Below are positions 1 through 11,900 of a stretch of 64,000 bases of DNA, piece by piece. The number at the start of each line of letters is the position of its first letter. The first letter of the stretch is position 1. The stretch comes from Clostridia bacterium (GTDB taxonomy: Bacteria; Bacillota; Clostridia; TANB77; CAG-508). Both the position numbers and the translations under genes were made by a program. Where the stretch lies: positions 78,104 through 142,103 of the forward strand of contig JAFQSS010000028.1 of assembly GCA_017409455.1 (NCBI GenBank), in the 5' to 3' direction. The notes under the pieces are model-generated. The model had not been told where the DNA came from and did not search any database. It was given only the letters and a program-made list of their open reading frames with translations.

Positions 1-873
1 ATTTTCAACAGAACCATTTATTCTAATTTTTTTAGGCATTTCTTTTTGTAATCTGCCTATATAATAATCTCTTAATTTAGTCACATACTTTATATGTGTT
101 TCTATATTTTTATGGGCAATTTCACAAGCTTTACCTAAGCCAACTATACCTGCCACATTCTCAGTTCCAGCTCTTTTATCTTTTTCTTGATGTCCTCCAT
201 TTACGATTTTCTCCACTTGTATTCCATTTTTTATATATAATGCGCCTATCCCTTTTGGAGCATGTATTTTATGCCCAGATAAAGATAACATGTCAATTCC
301 CATTTTTGACACATCTATATGCATATTCCCAACTGCTTGAACTGCATCTGTGTGAAATACAATATTATGATTATGAGCTATTTCAGCAATTTGTTCTATC
401 GGCTGAATCGTACCAATTTCATTATTTGCTGCCATTACACTTATTAATATTGTTGATGGTCTTATTTCACTCTTCAATTCATCAATTTTAATAAATCCAT
501 TTTCATCTACATTTATATATGACACTTGAAAACCTTGTTTCTCCAAAAATTTGCATGTTTCTAATATCGCAGGATGCTCTATTTTTGATGTTATTATATG
601 ATTTCCTTTTTCTTTGTTGGCATATGAAAATCCTTTTAATGAGATATTGTCACTTTCTGAACCACCTGCAGTAAAAAAGATTTCATTTTGATTGCAATTT
701 ATTAGTTGTGCAACTTGTTTTCTTGCTCTTTCTATAGCCCTTTTAGATTTTCTCCCAATTGAATATAAAGATGACGCATTTCCAAATTCGGTTGTCAAAA
801 ATGGCATCATCTCATTTAATACTTCTGTTTTTATTTTTGTAGTTGCACTATTGTCAAAATATATTGTATTCAT
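1..873 (-). CDS. nifS: cysteine desulfurase (NifS/IscS family), first 291 codons; 3' end lies beyond the window edge
   Basis: Hand translation from ATG (rc of 871-873): MNTIYFDNSATTKIKTEVLNEMMPFLTTEFGNASSLYSIGRK...TAGGSESDN...SLSGHKIHAPKGIGALY. Frame is open to position 1, so it is absent from the ORF track (no stop in window). Confidence 0.85.
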   Translation of the reverse strand, partial: MNTIYFDNSATTKIKTEVLNEMMPFLTTEFGNASSLYSIGRKSKRAIERARKQVAQLINCNQNEIFFTAGGSESDNISLKGFSYANKEKGNHIITSKIEHPAILETCKFLEKQGFQVSYINVDENGFIKIDELKSEIRPSTILISVMAANNEIGTIQPIEQIAEIAHNHNIVFHTDAVQAVGNMHIDVSKMGIDMLSLSGHKIHAPKGIGALYIKNGIQVEKIVNGGHQEKDKRAGTENVAGIVGLGKACEIAHKNIETHIKYVTKLRDYYIGRLQKEMPKKIRINGSVEN

Positions 874-910
874 TTTTTTCACCTTACTCTCTTCTAATAT
901 TATATGCATG

Positions 911-1007
911 AAAAAAGGAGGGGTTTACCAAGGGGACGGATATAATGGTAAAAATATTCAGAAATTTACCATTATCTCCGTCCCCTTGGTAAACCCCTCC
1001 CTTTTTT
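911..1007. terminator. very long near-perfect hairpin (about 40-bp arms, 12-nt loop) between the patatin-like gene and nifS
   Basis: Arms AAAAAAGGAGGGGTTTACCAAGGGGACGGATATAATGGTAAA (911-952) and TTTACCATTATCTCCGTCCCCTTGGTAAACCCCTCCCTTTTTT (965-1007) are reverse complements except about 2 positions. An A-run and a T-run flank the stem. Confidence 0.6.
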
Positions 1008-1864
1008 CACATTTGTTTTATTTTCTCTAAATTCTGTATAACTGAATCATATCCAAACTTATAACATTTATCTAATTTGTCTATATCAAATAATCCTGCT
1101 CTATCTGTTGGAACAGTTAGTAAAAAATCGCATTGTTGTAGAGCTTCTTCTGAAATTTTATTTCCCATAATATCTAGCGTTTTCATGATAATATCCATGA
1201 CATCACTATCTTCTTGTACTGGATCAGCCGCAAAATTAACAGCCATTATTTTGTTTTGACACATTCTCTTCAGAGGAATTACTGGAATGTTGTCTAATGT
1301 TCCACCATCCATAAACATATGATTTTTAAATTCACATGGGCAAAACATTGCTGGAAAACTACTACTTGCTCTTACCGCTTTTCCTATTCCAATTTCGGTT
1401 ATATAATTATCATAAGGATTATTTCTAGGTGCACAATTTGTAAATATATATTCTTTTGAATCTAATATATCAACTGCAGGAATGGCTAATGGCATTTTTA
1501 TATCACCAATTACTTTTATACCTTTTTTTAAGGCTACCTCATTATACATTTTTTCAAATGCTGTTCCATCATTTATACCTGCAAATCCAATTTTTCTGTT
1601 TCTCACAAAATTCCCTATTCCATTAACTATTGGTGCATTCCCTATATTTATTATTTCTTGTGCATACTTTTTAAATAATATATATATATAATATGGCTTA
1701 TATCCCATTGCATATAATGCTGCCACAATGCTTCCTGCACTAGTTCCACTTATAGCTTCAATTTTTATATCATTTTCTTCTAAAGCTTTTAAAACACCCG
1801 CATGTGCAATTCCTCTAATTCCTCCACCAGTCAAAGCAATACCTATTCCCATAAATACCTCCAA
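1007..1864 (-). CDS. patatin-like phospholipase
   Basis: GGGIRG oxyanion motif, GTSAGS (GxSxG) nucleophile elbow and DGG motif in the translated ORF. The likely true start is MGIGIAL at 1852. Confidence 0.8.
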   Translation of the reverse strand: MEVFMGIGIALTGGGIRGIAHAGVLKALEENDIKIEAISGTSAGSIVAALYAMGYKPYYIYILFKKYAQEIINIGNAPIVNGIGNFVRNRKIGFAGINDGTAFEKMYNEVALKKGIKVIGDIKMPLAIPAVDILDSKEYIFTNCAPRNNPYDNYITEIGIGKAVRASSSFPAMFCPCEFKNHMFMDGGTLDNIPVIPLKRMCQNKIMAVNFAADPVQEDSDVMDIIMKTLDIMGNKISEEALQQCDFLLTVPTDRAGLFDIDKLDKCYKFGYDSVIQNLEKIKQM

Positions 1865-1867
1865 TAA

Positions 1868-1909
1868 TAAAAAGAGTAAATAATCTTAATAAATTATTTA
1901 CTCTTTTTT
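1868..1909. terminator. bidirectional rho-independent terminator
   Basis: AAAAAGAGTAAATAAT-loop-ATTATTTACTCTTTTTT directly after the stop of the 465-aa gene. Confidence 0.6.
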
Positions 1910-1922
1910 ATGTTTTTAAACC

Positions 1923-3320
1923 CTATTTTGTGATAATTTTTCCATTATCATCAAGAAAGCTTTCTTGTTCATTATTATAAACTCTTATTCCATCAGCTAA
2001 AAGTTCAATATTTGCATTAGTTATTTCAAGTGATAAATCAAATTTATCATCATAAATATCAGTTTTATTTGTAGAAAAGTCAATAGCTTGAACTATATTT
2101 TTCCCTTTTATAATTTGGATTAAATCATAATTATATTCAACTATCACATTTTCCTCTAAATCAATCATTCCAACCTTATCTTGTTCATTTGTAACAATAA
2201 AATATGTTTCATAAGCATGTTCTATGAATTTATAGTTCTGCTTTGTAAGCTTCTTTAGTTCAGTATTTACTATTGAATAATTACCAACATCATTTCTAAT
2301 AAAATATTTTGAATTAGAAGTTTTGTTTATAATTGTATTAAAAGGAATATTTATTTCATTTCCTTGCTGGTTAAAAACTTTTTGTTCCCCATTTTTCACG
2401 CTATATAAATAAATTCCATTTATAGTTAACTCAGAATATTCTGTTTGTAATATTTGCACTCCTTTTAAATTAATAGCACCATATTTATCTGTTTTTTCAA
2501 CTATAAACATTTCCATATCTGTATTATAATTTATTGTTTGATATTCAGTATTAATTATTTTACTGTTATTTACAAATACACCATATTGACCATTTTTAGC
2601 AGCAATCAAATAAATATTATCACTTTTGATTTCTGATAATCTTGTTATCTGATTATATTCTTCCTCTAAAACTTGGATTCCTTCATAATCATAATATCCA
2701 TATCTATATCCTTGTTCTGTAGTAACTTTAACAATATAACCTGCTTTTTGGTATTGATTTTCCTCTGTATAATATTCATCTAATTGGATTTCATCATATT
2801 TATTTTTTATTATTGTATTTCCATTACCATGTAGAATTCCATATTTTCCATCTTTTTTTGATAATAGTGGTCCTTGTTGATAACCTAAACTTGAAATTTC
2901 CTCATATTTTGCATTTGTTATTGTTTCTCCATTAATACTTAAAAGTCCGTATTCTCCTTCTTTTTCATATATCAATATATCTTTTTCATATATTCCATTA
3001 GAAATTTCAATTGGTTGTACATTATCGTATTTTTGAAAAATTTCTTGATTTTTATTATTTACAATTTTTTGTTCATCTTTTAATTGGCAAACAAATACTG
3101 CTTTATGCGGATTCACAATAATTATTTTCTCATATTGTGGCTCTATTATAATATTTTCATCTTGATCTATTATACCAAATTTCCCATTTTTTTCTATAGT
3201 TGAATAATTTATTGATATATCTTCACTTTCTATCTTTCCCTTATTAGGAAAATATATTGATAAAAATAAACTTATTAAAATAACTATAAAGATTAAAATA
3301 ACACTTATTTTTTTCGACAT
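1923..3320 (-). CDS. membrane-anchored WG/KWG-repeat protein
   Basis: N-terminal TM helix, then about 10 repeats of the type GKFGIID / EYGLLS / KYGILH / QYGVFV / KYGAINLKG. Confidence 0.6.
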   Translation of the reverse strand: MSKKISVILIFIVILISLFLSIYFPNKGKIESEDISINYSTIEKNGKFGIIDQDENIIIEPQYEKIIIVNPHKAVFVCQLKDEQKIVNNKNQEIFQKYDNVQPIEISNGIYEKDILIYEKEGEYGLLSINGETITNAKYEEISSLGYQQGPLLSKKDGKYGILHGNGNTIIKNKYDEIQLDEYYTEENQYQKAGYIVKVTTEQGYRYGYYDYEGIQVLEEEYNQITRLSEIKSDNIYLIAAKNGQYGVFVNNSKIINTEYQTINYNTDMEMFIVEKTDKYGAINLKGVQILQTEYSELTINGIYLYSVKNGEQKVFNQQGNEINIPFNTIINKTSNSKYFIRNDVGNYSIVNTELKKLTKQNYKFIEHAYETYFIVTNEQDKVGMIDLEENVIVEYNYDLIQIIKGKNIVQAIDFSTNKTDIYDDKFDLSLEITNANIELLADGIRVYNNEQESFLDDNGKIITK

Positions 3321-3397
3321 TTTTCTACCTCTTTCGATTTTGTTATTTTTATTTTACTATTTTCAAGCTATTTTTTCAATATTTTTTTGCATTTTCC

Positions 3398-3426
3398 TTG
3401 TTTTTTATTGAATATTATTGTATAAT
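3398..3426 (+). promoter_or_regulatory. sigmaA-type promoter for asnS
   Basis: TTGTTT-17 nt-TATAAT with TG at -15/-14, about 85 nt upstream of the asnS ATG. Confidence 0.4.
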
Positions 3427-3509
3427 CTTAACATAATATTTATAATGGTTAAAATTGGATTAAGCTAGTGTTTTAGCCTAATCCCACTACATTAGAAAGA
3501 AGGAATTTT

Positions 3510-4901
3510 ATGAAACATTTGACTATAAAAGATTTATTTAGAAACACATCTGAATATGCAAATAAAACTGTTACACTTGAAGGATGGGTTAAAACAGTAA
3601 GAGATTCAAAAACATTTGGATTTATTGAATTAAATGATGGTTCATTTTTCAAAAATGTTCAAATTGTTTTTACAGATAAATTAGCAAATTTTGATGAACT
3701 TGTAAAACTTACTATATGTTCTACAATCAAAGTTACTGGAACTTTAATTATTACAGAAAATGCTAAACAACCTTTTGAAATACAAGCAGATGAAGTTATT
3801 ATCGAAAGTTTAAGTCCAGCTGATTATCCACTTCAAAAGAAAAGACATTCTTTTGAATATTTACGTACTATTGCACATTTAAGACCTAGAACAAATACTT
3901 TTAATGCTGTATTTAGAATCAGAAGTGTTGCAGCATTTGCAATACACGAATATTTCCAATCAAATGGATATGTATATGTAAATACTCCAATTATCACTTG
4001 TGCAGATTGTGAAGGCTCTGCTGAAATGTTTAAATTAACAACTTTAAACACAGATACCCCACTTCCAACAAATGAAGATGGTACAACAAATTATTCTGAA
4101 GATTTATTTGGTAAAAAAGCTTTTATTACAGGCTCTGGACAATTACATGGAGAAACATATGCACAAGCTTTTGGAAAAATTTATACATTTGGCCCAACAT
4201 TAAGAAGTGAGAATTCAAACACAAAAACACATGCAAATGAGTTCTGGATGATAGAACCAGAAATATCTTTCTGTGATTTAAATGGTCTTATGGATGTTGA
4301 AGAAGATTGTTTAAAATATATAGTTAAAGCAGTTTTAGAAAGATGCCCTGAAGAAATGGAATTTTGTGATAAATTTATTGAAAATGGATTAATTGAAAAG
4401 TTAACTAAATTAATTAATTCAGATTTTGTTAGAATTGATCACAAAGATGTTATAGATATCTTGAAAAAAGCTGATAGACAATGGGAATTTCAACCTGATT
4501 ATGGTGAAGATTTAGCTAAAGAACATGAAAAATATATTACTGAATATTTTAATGGTCCTGTTTTCGTTAAAAACTGGCCAAAAGATATTAAATCTTATTA
4601 TATGAAAGTAAATCCTGATGGTAAAACTGTTGCTGCAGTTGACCTTGAAGTTCCGGGTGCTGGTGAAATTATGGGTGGCTCTCAAAGAGAAGAAGATTAT
4701 GATAAATTAGTTTCTCGTATGAAAGAAATGGGAATTGAAACAGACCCATTATATTGGTACTTAGATCTTCGTAAATATGGTACTGATATCCATTCAGGTT
4801 TTGGTCTTGGTTTTGAAAGATTACTTATGTATATTACTGGTATTGAAAATATAAGAGATGTTATTCCTTTCCCAAGAACACCTAATAATTGTGATTTTTA
4901 A
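3510..4901 (+). CDS. asnS: asparagine--tRNA ligase
   Basis: 463 aa. N-terminal OB anticodon-binding domain, class IIb core motifs (FRIRS, GEIMGGSQRE, GFGLGFERL) and AsnRS length. Confidence 0.9.
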   Translation: MKHLTIKDLFRNTSEYANKTVTLEGWVKTVRDSKTFGFIELNDGSFFKNVQIVFTDKLANFDELVKLTICSTIKVTGTLIITENAKQPFEIQADEVIIESLSPADYPLQKKRHSFEYLRTIAHLRPRTNTFNAVFRIRSVAAFAIHEYFQSNGYVYVNTPIITCADCEGSAEMFKLTTLNTDTPLPTNEDGTTNYSEDLFGKKAFITGSGQLHGETYAQAFGKIYTFGPTLRSENSNTKTHANEFWMIEPEISFCDLNGLMDVEEDCLKYIVKAVLERCPEEMEFCDKFIENGLIEKLTKLINSDFVRIDHKDVIDILKKADRQWEFQPDYGEDLAKEHEKYITEYFNGPVFVKNWPKDIKSYYMKVNPDGKTVAAVDLEVPGAGEIMGGSQREEDYDKLVSRMKEMGIETDPLYWYLDLRKYGTDIHSGFGLGFERLLMYITGIENIRDVIPFPRTPNNCDF

Positions 4902-4902
4902 T

Positions 4903-4972
4903 TTGGGGACGGTCCTCTTTTTCGCGAAATGGGGGACGGTCCTTTTTTTCGCGAATTTTGGGACAGTCCTTT
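4903..4972. repeat. REP-like palindromic repeat cluster (3 units), left flank of the RAYT-like gene
   Basis: TTGGGGACGGTCCTCTTTTTCGCGAAATGGGGGACGGTCCTTTTTTTCGCGAATTTTGGGACAGTCCTTT. Each unit contains a GGACNGTCC palindrome. Confidence 0.8.
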
Positions 4973-4979
4973 AAATAAA

Positions 4980-5762
4980 TTATGTTTGTTGCCATGATTT
5001 TTCTATAACTCTTCTCCCTAATCTAGTTATTCTAGCAACTTGTGTAACATTTATTCCTTTTATTTTTGATAATTCTTTTAAATTTATTTCAAGATCTTTT
5101 TTGTTTTGACTCTTAAAAAAATTAGGCACATCTTCTATATTATTAATATTAAATTTTCTCATTATGTATTTTATTAATTGTTCATCCACTAGCTTTTCTA
5201 TCATTTCATATTCTATGTAAGAATTTAATTCTTCATTTTCATTCTTTTTTAGAGTATAATCAATAAAATTTTCTTGCCTGTTTTCTAAATAATACAATAA
5301 TACCTTTTTATTTATTATATTTGCTTTTCCCATGTATTCCTTATAACTACTCCATTCATAATTTTGAGTTAATGCTATTCCAGCTTTTTCAGGATTTCTG
5401 TGTACATATCTACACAAATCAATAAAATATGTTTCATTTTCTACGCATTTACTTTTATATCTATTTTGCATTAATGGGCCTTTTCTTTTATACTTTTTAT
5501 TAAAGTAATGAACATATCTTACCAATAAACTTTTCATCGCTGTAGCTAGGAAAACATCTTCACATTTTATCACTAAATGAATATGATTTACCATTAAGCA
5601 ATACGCATATACTATGTAATTAAATTCATTTTTGGTTACTGAAATTTGTTTTAGAAAAAATTTTCTATCTTTATCATCATAAAAAATTGTTTGATCATCT
5701 ATCCCTTTTAAAATAATATGATAGACTTTAGAATTACTATAGAATCTTGATGTTCTTGGCAT
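4980..5762 (-). CDS. REP-associated tyrosine transposase-like protein (IS200/IS605 Y1 HUH fold plus C-terminal HTH)
   Basis: HUH motif NHIHLVI and catalytic-Tyr context RYVHRNP. The C-terminal tail NVTQVARITRLGRRVIEK looks like an HTH. Flanked by inverted REP clusters. Confidence 0.75.
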   Translation of the reverse strand: MPRTSRFYSNSKVYHIILKGIDDQTIFYDDKDRKFFLKQISVTKNEFNYIVYAYCLMVNHIHLVIKCEDVFLATAMKSLLVRYVHYFNKKYKRKGPLMQNRYKSKCVENETYFIDLCRYVHRNPEKAGIALTQNYEWSSYKEYMGKANIINKKVLLYYLENRQENFIDYTLKKNENEELNSYIEYEMIEKLVDEQLIKYIMRKFNINNIEDVPNFFKSQNKKDLEINLKELSKIKGINVTQVARITRLGRRVIEKSWQQT

Positions 5763-5880
5763 TTTACCTCCTTTCTTTCCCCATCAAGTTAAAATTCAAG
5801 ATAAAATCCCTATTTTTTTATCTTGTAGCAACTATGTTAACATATTTATTTCATAATTTCAATCTTTTTAATAAAAATGT

Positions 5881-5930
5881 AAAAAAAGGACTGTCCCCAA
5901 TTTCGCGAAAAAAAGGACCGTCCCCAAATT
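5881..5930. repeat. REP-like repeat cluster (2 units), right flank of the RAYT-like gene, inverted relative to 4903-4972
   Basis: AAAGGACTGTCCCCAATTTCGCGAAAAAAAGGACCGTCCCCAAATTT. Its reverse complement matches the left cluster almost base for base. Confidence 0.8.
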
Positions 5931-8900
5931 TACATTTGCACTTCTATATTAAAAACTTTTCCTGAGCCATCAAGTTGAATCTTATTTTCAATCTCTATAC
6001 CATCTAATATAACTTTACTAACTCCCCTATTTTTTCTACTAATATTTTTAACTTTAATATTATAAATACTTTCACCAAATTTATATCTTATAACAAATTC
6101 TTCCCAATCTTTTGGGATACAAGGATTAAAGCTCATAAAATTATGATAAATATTTAATCCAAGGATATATTGAATTCCAGCTAGATAATACCAGCTACTT
6201 GAACCAGTATACCAAGTCCAGCCTCCTGAACCAGCTAAGTTTTGAGCACCATAAACATCTGCAGCAATAACATATGGTTCAACTTTATATTTATTAGCAG
6301 CTTCTTTTGTACGAGAATGTTCAATAGGCGTTATCATTCTATATAGTTCAACAGCTTTATCTCCTTTTCCTAACATTGCTTCTGCAATAACTGCCCAAAT
6401 GGCTGAATGTGTGTATTGTCCTCCATTTTCTCTGACTCCTGGTAAATATGCTTTAATATATCCTGGCTCTAGTTTTCCTTTAACAAATGGTGGATCTAAT
6501 AATTTTATTATTCCATTTTCTTTGTCTACTAGATGATTTTCTAAACTTTCCATAGCTTGTATTTTTTTTGATTCTTCTCCTGCTCCTGAAATTACTGACC
6601 AACTTTGTGCAATACTGTCTATTCTACATTCTTCATTTTCCATACTTCCATAAGCATCTCCATTATCTGCAAAAGCTCTTTTAAACCATCTTCCATCCCA
6701 AGCATTTGTATTTAAACTTTCTTCTAGTTGAGTAGCAATACTTCTATATCTTTCAGCAAGTGCATCATCATTCTTGTAATTAGCTAACTCTGCAAATTCT
6801 TGTAAAATTTGATACAAGAAAAATCCTAACCATACACTTTCACCTTTTCCTTCTGGTCCTATTGTACTAAATCCATCATTCCAGTCACCTATACCTATTT
6901 TAGGTAATCCATTTGCCCCAAAATCACATATAATATTACATTCTTCTGGCACTTCTGTTCCAGGCAAGCCTCCAAAATTACATGCTCTGCTTATTGCCCT
7001 TTTACAATGTTCATATATACTTTCTTCAATATCACTTGGTAGATATAAATCATATCGTTCTTTCTCGGCATCAAACAATTCCAAACCTTGTAAATATGGT
7101 GTTTTTACATCTAAAATACTGTAATCACCAGTATGTGAGATATATTGAATTACCATATATGGAAGCCATAATAAATCATCTGAGAATTTTGTTCTTATTC
7201 CTCTATTATTTTCTTCGTGCCACCAATGCTCAACATCTCCTTCTAAGAATTGATGTTTACTGTGTCTAATTATTTGATCATATAAAATGTTTGTATCTAA
7301 AAATTTAGTTCCAAATGCATCTTGTAATTGATCTCTAAATCCAAAAGCTCCACCTGATTGATAAAATCCGCTTCTACCAAGTAATCTACTAGTAATTGTT
7401 TGATACATTATCCATCCATTTAACATTATATTTATAGATTCATATGGTGTATATACTTGAACTTTAGTAAGCATATCATTCCATTTATTTTTAACTTTAT
7501 CTAATTCAGTTTTACAGTTCTGAACTTTAGAATATTTATATGCTGTATCTTTTGCAACCATCATATTTTCATTTGCACCTAGAATTATCGAAATCTTTTT
7601 CTCCGAGAAGCTTTCAATTTCTACTTCAAGTTCAATTGCCATACAAGATTTTTTTCCAATTCCAGTGTCATTATCAAGTCTCATATGATGCATTGCATCT
7701 GGGTTTAAAACTCCACCTTTTCCTAAAAAGTTCTTTTTATTTCCTGTAAATGATTTTATTTTTTCACTACTTGAAATATAAATTGTGTCTTTAAATTCAT
7801 CAACATTATATAAATTTTTAGCAATCAAAATATTAGAATTTTCTTCATATTGAAGCTTTATATATGAATCAGATTTTATTTCATCTTCACCGATTACTGG
7901 TTTGGCATAATAAACAATTTTTATTTTTTTCTTTTTAGGCGCACTATTTTTTAATGTTAATATATTAATTTTTACACTATCTTCTTCTGGAACGAAAACT
8001 TCTACTTCTTGCACTATTTCATCACTTGTGTGAATATATTTTGCATAACCAAATCCATATATTGCATTATAATTTTTATCATCTGGCATAGGCATTGCTG
8101 TAGGTGTCCAAATTCTGCCATTTTCTTCATCTTTAAGATATATGATTTCAGAAGGTATATTTGTTGAGCTACTATTATGCCAAGTTGTTACTCTATTTAA
8201 TCTGCTATTTTTATACCAAGTATATCCTCCACCACTTTCAGTAAGAACTGAACCAAATTGATCATTCGCTATAATATGACTCCAAGTTGTTGGTAATTTA
8301 TTTTCTTTGTTTGTTCTAATTATATACTCTTTTCCATCTTCTGAAAAAGCTCCATATTCATTGTAGTATTTAGGATTTTCAAGAACATTTAGCATATCAA
8401 AGTCTTTTGTATTATCTTCTTCTATTGTTACATTTTCTATTTTTTCAATTGTTCTATAATTTTCAAGAATTTCTTCCTCCATATCTTTAATTATATTTTC
8501 TAAATTACCCAAATGGCTGTCAATTACTAAAGTTGAAACAAATTTTATTAAATTAACATCTTGTATATCCATTTCACTTTTTGAAAGTACAAAAATTCCA
8601 CCTTTAATATTTTTCAAAAATGCTTGATGACTATTTAATATTGCACTTTCGATTTCATCTCTTATATAATTTTCATAGCTATAGTTTTCTTCATTAATAA
8701 TTACAAGTTCTACTTTTATATTTTTTGTTCTAAAAAATTCATAAGCTTTCAATATTTGTTTAATTACATACATATCATTTATATATTTTATTGTAACTGT
8801 TATAATTGGTAAATCTCCTGAAATACCATATTTCCATAAATCCGGTTGTTCATAAACTTTGTATGCTAAATTTGAAATTTTTCTTACAGGATTATCAAAC

Positions 8901-11900
8901 AATATATATGATAAAATTGTTTGATATATATCCATATCTTTTCCTTTGATTTCAAGATATCTTGCTTCAGCTTCTGTTTTTGCTTTTACTATTTCAAATT
9001 CTCTTGTTACATTTTCCATCACTTTATATTTTTCCATATTTTGAATTGCTAAATCTCTATCATATTCAATAGAAACAAGTAAATCTACATATACTTTTTC
9101 ATCTGGTTTTACTTTGATTGTATTTTTTAATGCTACAACACCTTCTGTCGTTAATCCTGTTTTCCTAGACAATGGTGTCGAAAATTTTATTGCATCTGGT
9201 ATTCCTAAATTGTTTCTTCCTATAAATTTTGTTTTATCTATTTCAAATTCTGTTTCACCTATTTTTTCAGAATTTGTTTGCATTTTTGCAGCTAAATATA
9301 TTCTTTGACCATATCTTTCTCTATTCCTTCTCTTAACTACAATTGCATCTTCATTCTCATCATATTTATATACTAAAAATAAATTATTAAATGCTTGATG
9401 TGCATAATCTTGTTCTCTTTTAGATAATATTGGTTCAAAATATGATGTTACTTCAAATATCTTTTCTTCTTCACTATTATTTCGAATTTCTAATCTACGA
9501 ATTTCAACAGGCTCATTGCTATCTACTGTAATTTTTAATTTTGTTTTTATATCTCCATTTATTTTTTCAAATTTATCTTTGTCTGGCATAAATTGTGTTA
9601 CAAATGAATCACAATTGTCTTCTCCTGTCGCAGACCAAATTTCATTTGTTTGTATATCTTTAATATAGAAAAATATCCCTTGATTATAATCATCTGTTGT
9701 TTTGAATCTATTTATATAATTTTCATCAAATTTGCTTACACCATTTCCATTTTGATTTATTGCAACAACATATTTTTCATTTCCAATTACATTTCCTCTT
9801 TGAATTCTTTCATCAATTTTGTTATATTCTCTTACAGTATAATTTTCATAATCTTGATACTTAATTTTTTCTGGTTTTTCTTTGTTTTCTTTAGTTGCAA
9901 TAAATGTTTCAGGCATTCTTTCCTGTAGTAAAATACTTACAGCTTCAATTTCTGGATTTTCCATAAATCTTTTTTGAAATACATTATCATTAAATAAATT
10001 ATTTATTGAAAGCAATATTAGTGCTTGATGATGTGCCATATATGTCCTTACAGGCTCTGATTGCTTTCCTTTTGAAACTCTCTCAGGTGTATAATCTATA
10101 GATTCGTAAAATCCATATTTATTGTACATACCTTCCTTTTCTAAGATTTTCAAATTTTCTACTACTTCACTTGGCTTATCTGTTACTGCTAAAACACTTC
10201 CATATGTTGATGCTACCATATCATCAGCCAGTCCTCTTTTTAATCCAAGCCACGGAACTCCAAATGCTTTATATTGATAATTTGAATGTAAATCCTTTAA
10301 ATTAAATGCTGCTTCAGATATTCCCCAAGGTATTCCTAATTTTTTACTATATTCAAATTGATTCATGATGGCAAATTTACATGATTCATCTAATAAACTT
10401 CCTTCATATCTTGGAATATTTATATTTGGCATTAAATATTCAAATGCAGTACCTGACCAAGATATCAAGCCTTTATATTTCTTCAATACTGTCATTGTTC
10501 TACTTAAATTATTCCAATGTTTTGGTTGCACATCTTTTTTGGCTATTGCTACTAAACTTGCTTGTCTCGCTTCTGATGCTAATAAATCATAATATGAATC
10601 AGTTAATTTGTTTTCTTCTATATTAAACCCTATTGAAAATAAGCGTTGTTCTTCACTATATAATACTCTAAAATTTGTTTCCTCTATCATTTGTGTTAGT
10701 TTATTTATAGTATCTTCTGATACATTTGTATTTCTTAGAAAAGTTCTTGTTGTATACATATATCCCACTAAATTTCCACTGTCAACTGTTGATACATATC
10801 TTGGTATTAATGGTTGTTTAGTTTTTATATTATACCAATTGTATAAATGCCCATTCCATTTTGGAAGTTCATATATTGTGTTTATAATTTTAGTTAATAA
10901 TTCTATCGTTTGTGGAAGTTCTTCAAATCCCATATCATAAGCAGAAATTACAGCAAGCATAGAAAGCCCTATATTGGTTGAAGAAGTTCGTGGCACTACA
11001 AGTTCTTTTCTATCTTCTTGATAATTATCTGTTATTAAATAATTATTTTCTGAAGTTAAATAATCTTTAAAAAATTGCCATGTTTTTTGTGCAATTTCTT
11101 TTAAATAGATTTTTTCATTTTCCGGCAATATTTTTTCAGTTTTTTTAGGTGTAATGCTTATTTTGTACATTATATAAGGTGTAATTATCCACAAAATACC
11201 AATAATTGTTAATAACCAGTTATATTTTAGTGATGAAACTACTATTAATACTGCTCCTATCACTACATTTGCTATCATCATTTTATAATAATTTGTTATA
11301 CTTGTTTTTGATTGTTTTTCCGCTTCTTCTGATGTCATCCATTCTAATAAATGTTTATGTGAAATCATTAATCTATAAATTGTTTTACATATTGCAGTTA
11401 ATTCTATATAAGCTTTATAAGGTACACATCCTAAAGTTAATACAGCTCTATATATTGAACCTTTAAATCCTGTTATATGTGGGACAAATGTTTTCTGTTT
11501 TTTCTCTCCTTCTTTTCTTGAAAAAGCAAGACTAAACATTTCTAATATAAACGGAAATATAATAATTCCAATGGATAAATACGTTAGCCAGTTTGCATTT
11601 AGAAAAATTGACCACCCTAGCAAAATAATTACAAAAATTTCAAATAAACTTCTTCTTAAATTGTCAAAAATCTTAAACTTTGAAAGCAGATTTAATTTTC
11701 CTTTCAGCCATTCTGTTATTTGCCAATCCCCTCTTGTCCATCTTGCTAATCTATTCATAAAACTTGCATATTTAGTAGGATAGCCATCCATTAACATTAT
11801 ATCTGTAACAAGCCCACATCTTAAATAACTACCTTCTAACAAATCATGGCTTAATACTTTATTTTCTGGAATTTCATTTTTCAAAACATCTGAAAATGCT

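Noticed and set aside
692-1030. 112-aa plus-strand ORF spanning the nifS start and the long hairpin.
   Set aside because: It overlaps the convincingly conserved nifS N-terminus on the other strand and then runs through an intergenic palindrome.
3321-3509. Possible T-box leader upstream of asnS, and similarly upstream of both trpS genes (60009-60100, 61529-61565).
   Set aside because: The leaders are only about 40-190 nt. I could find no specifier-loop/T-box motif (AGGGTGGTACCGCG-like) and no terminator/antiterminator pair.
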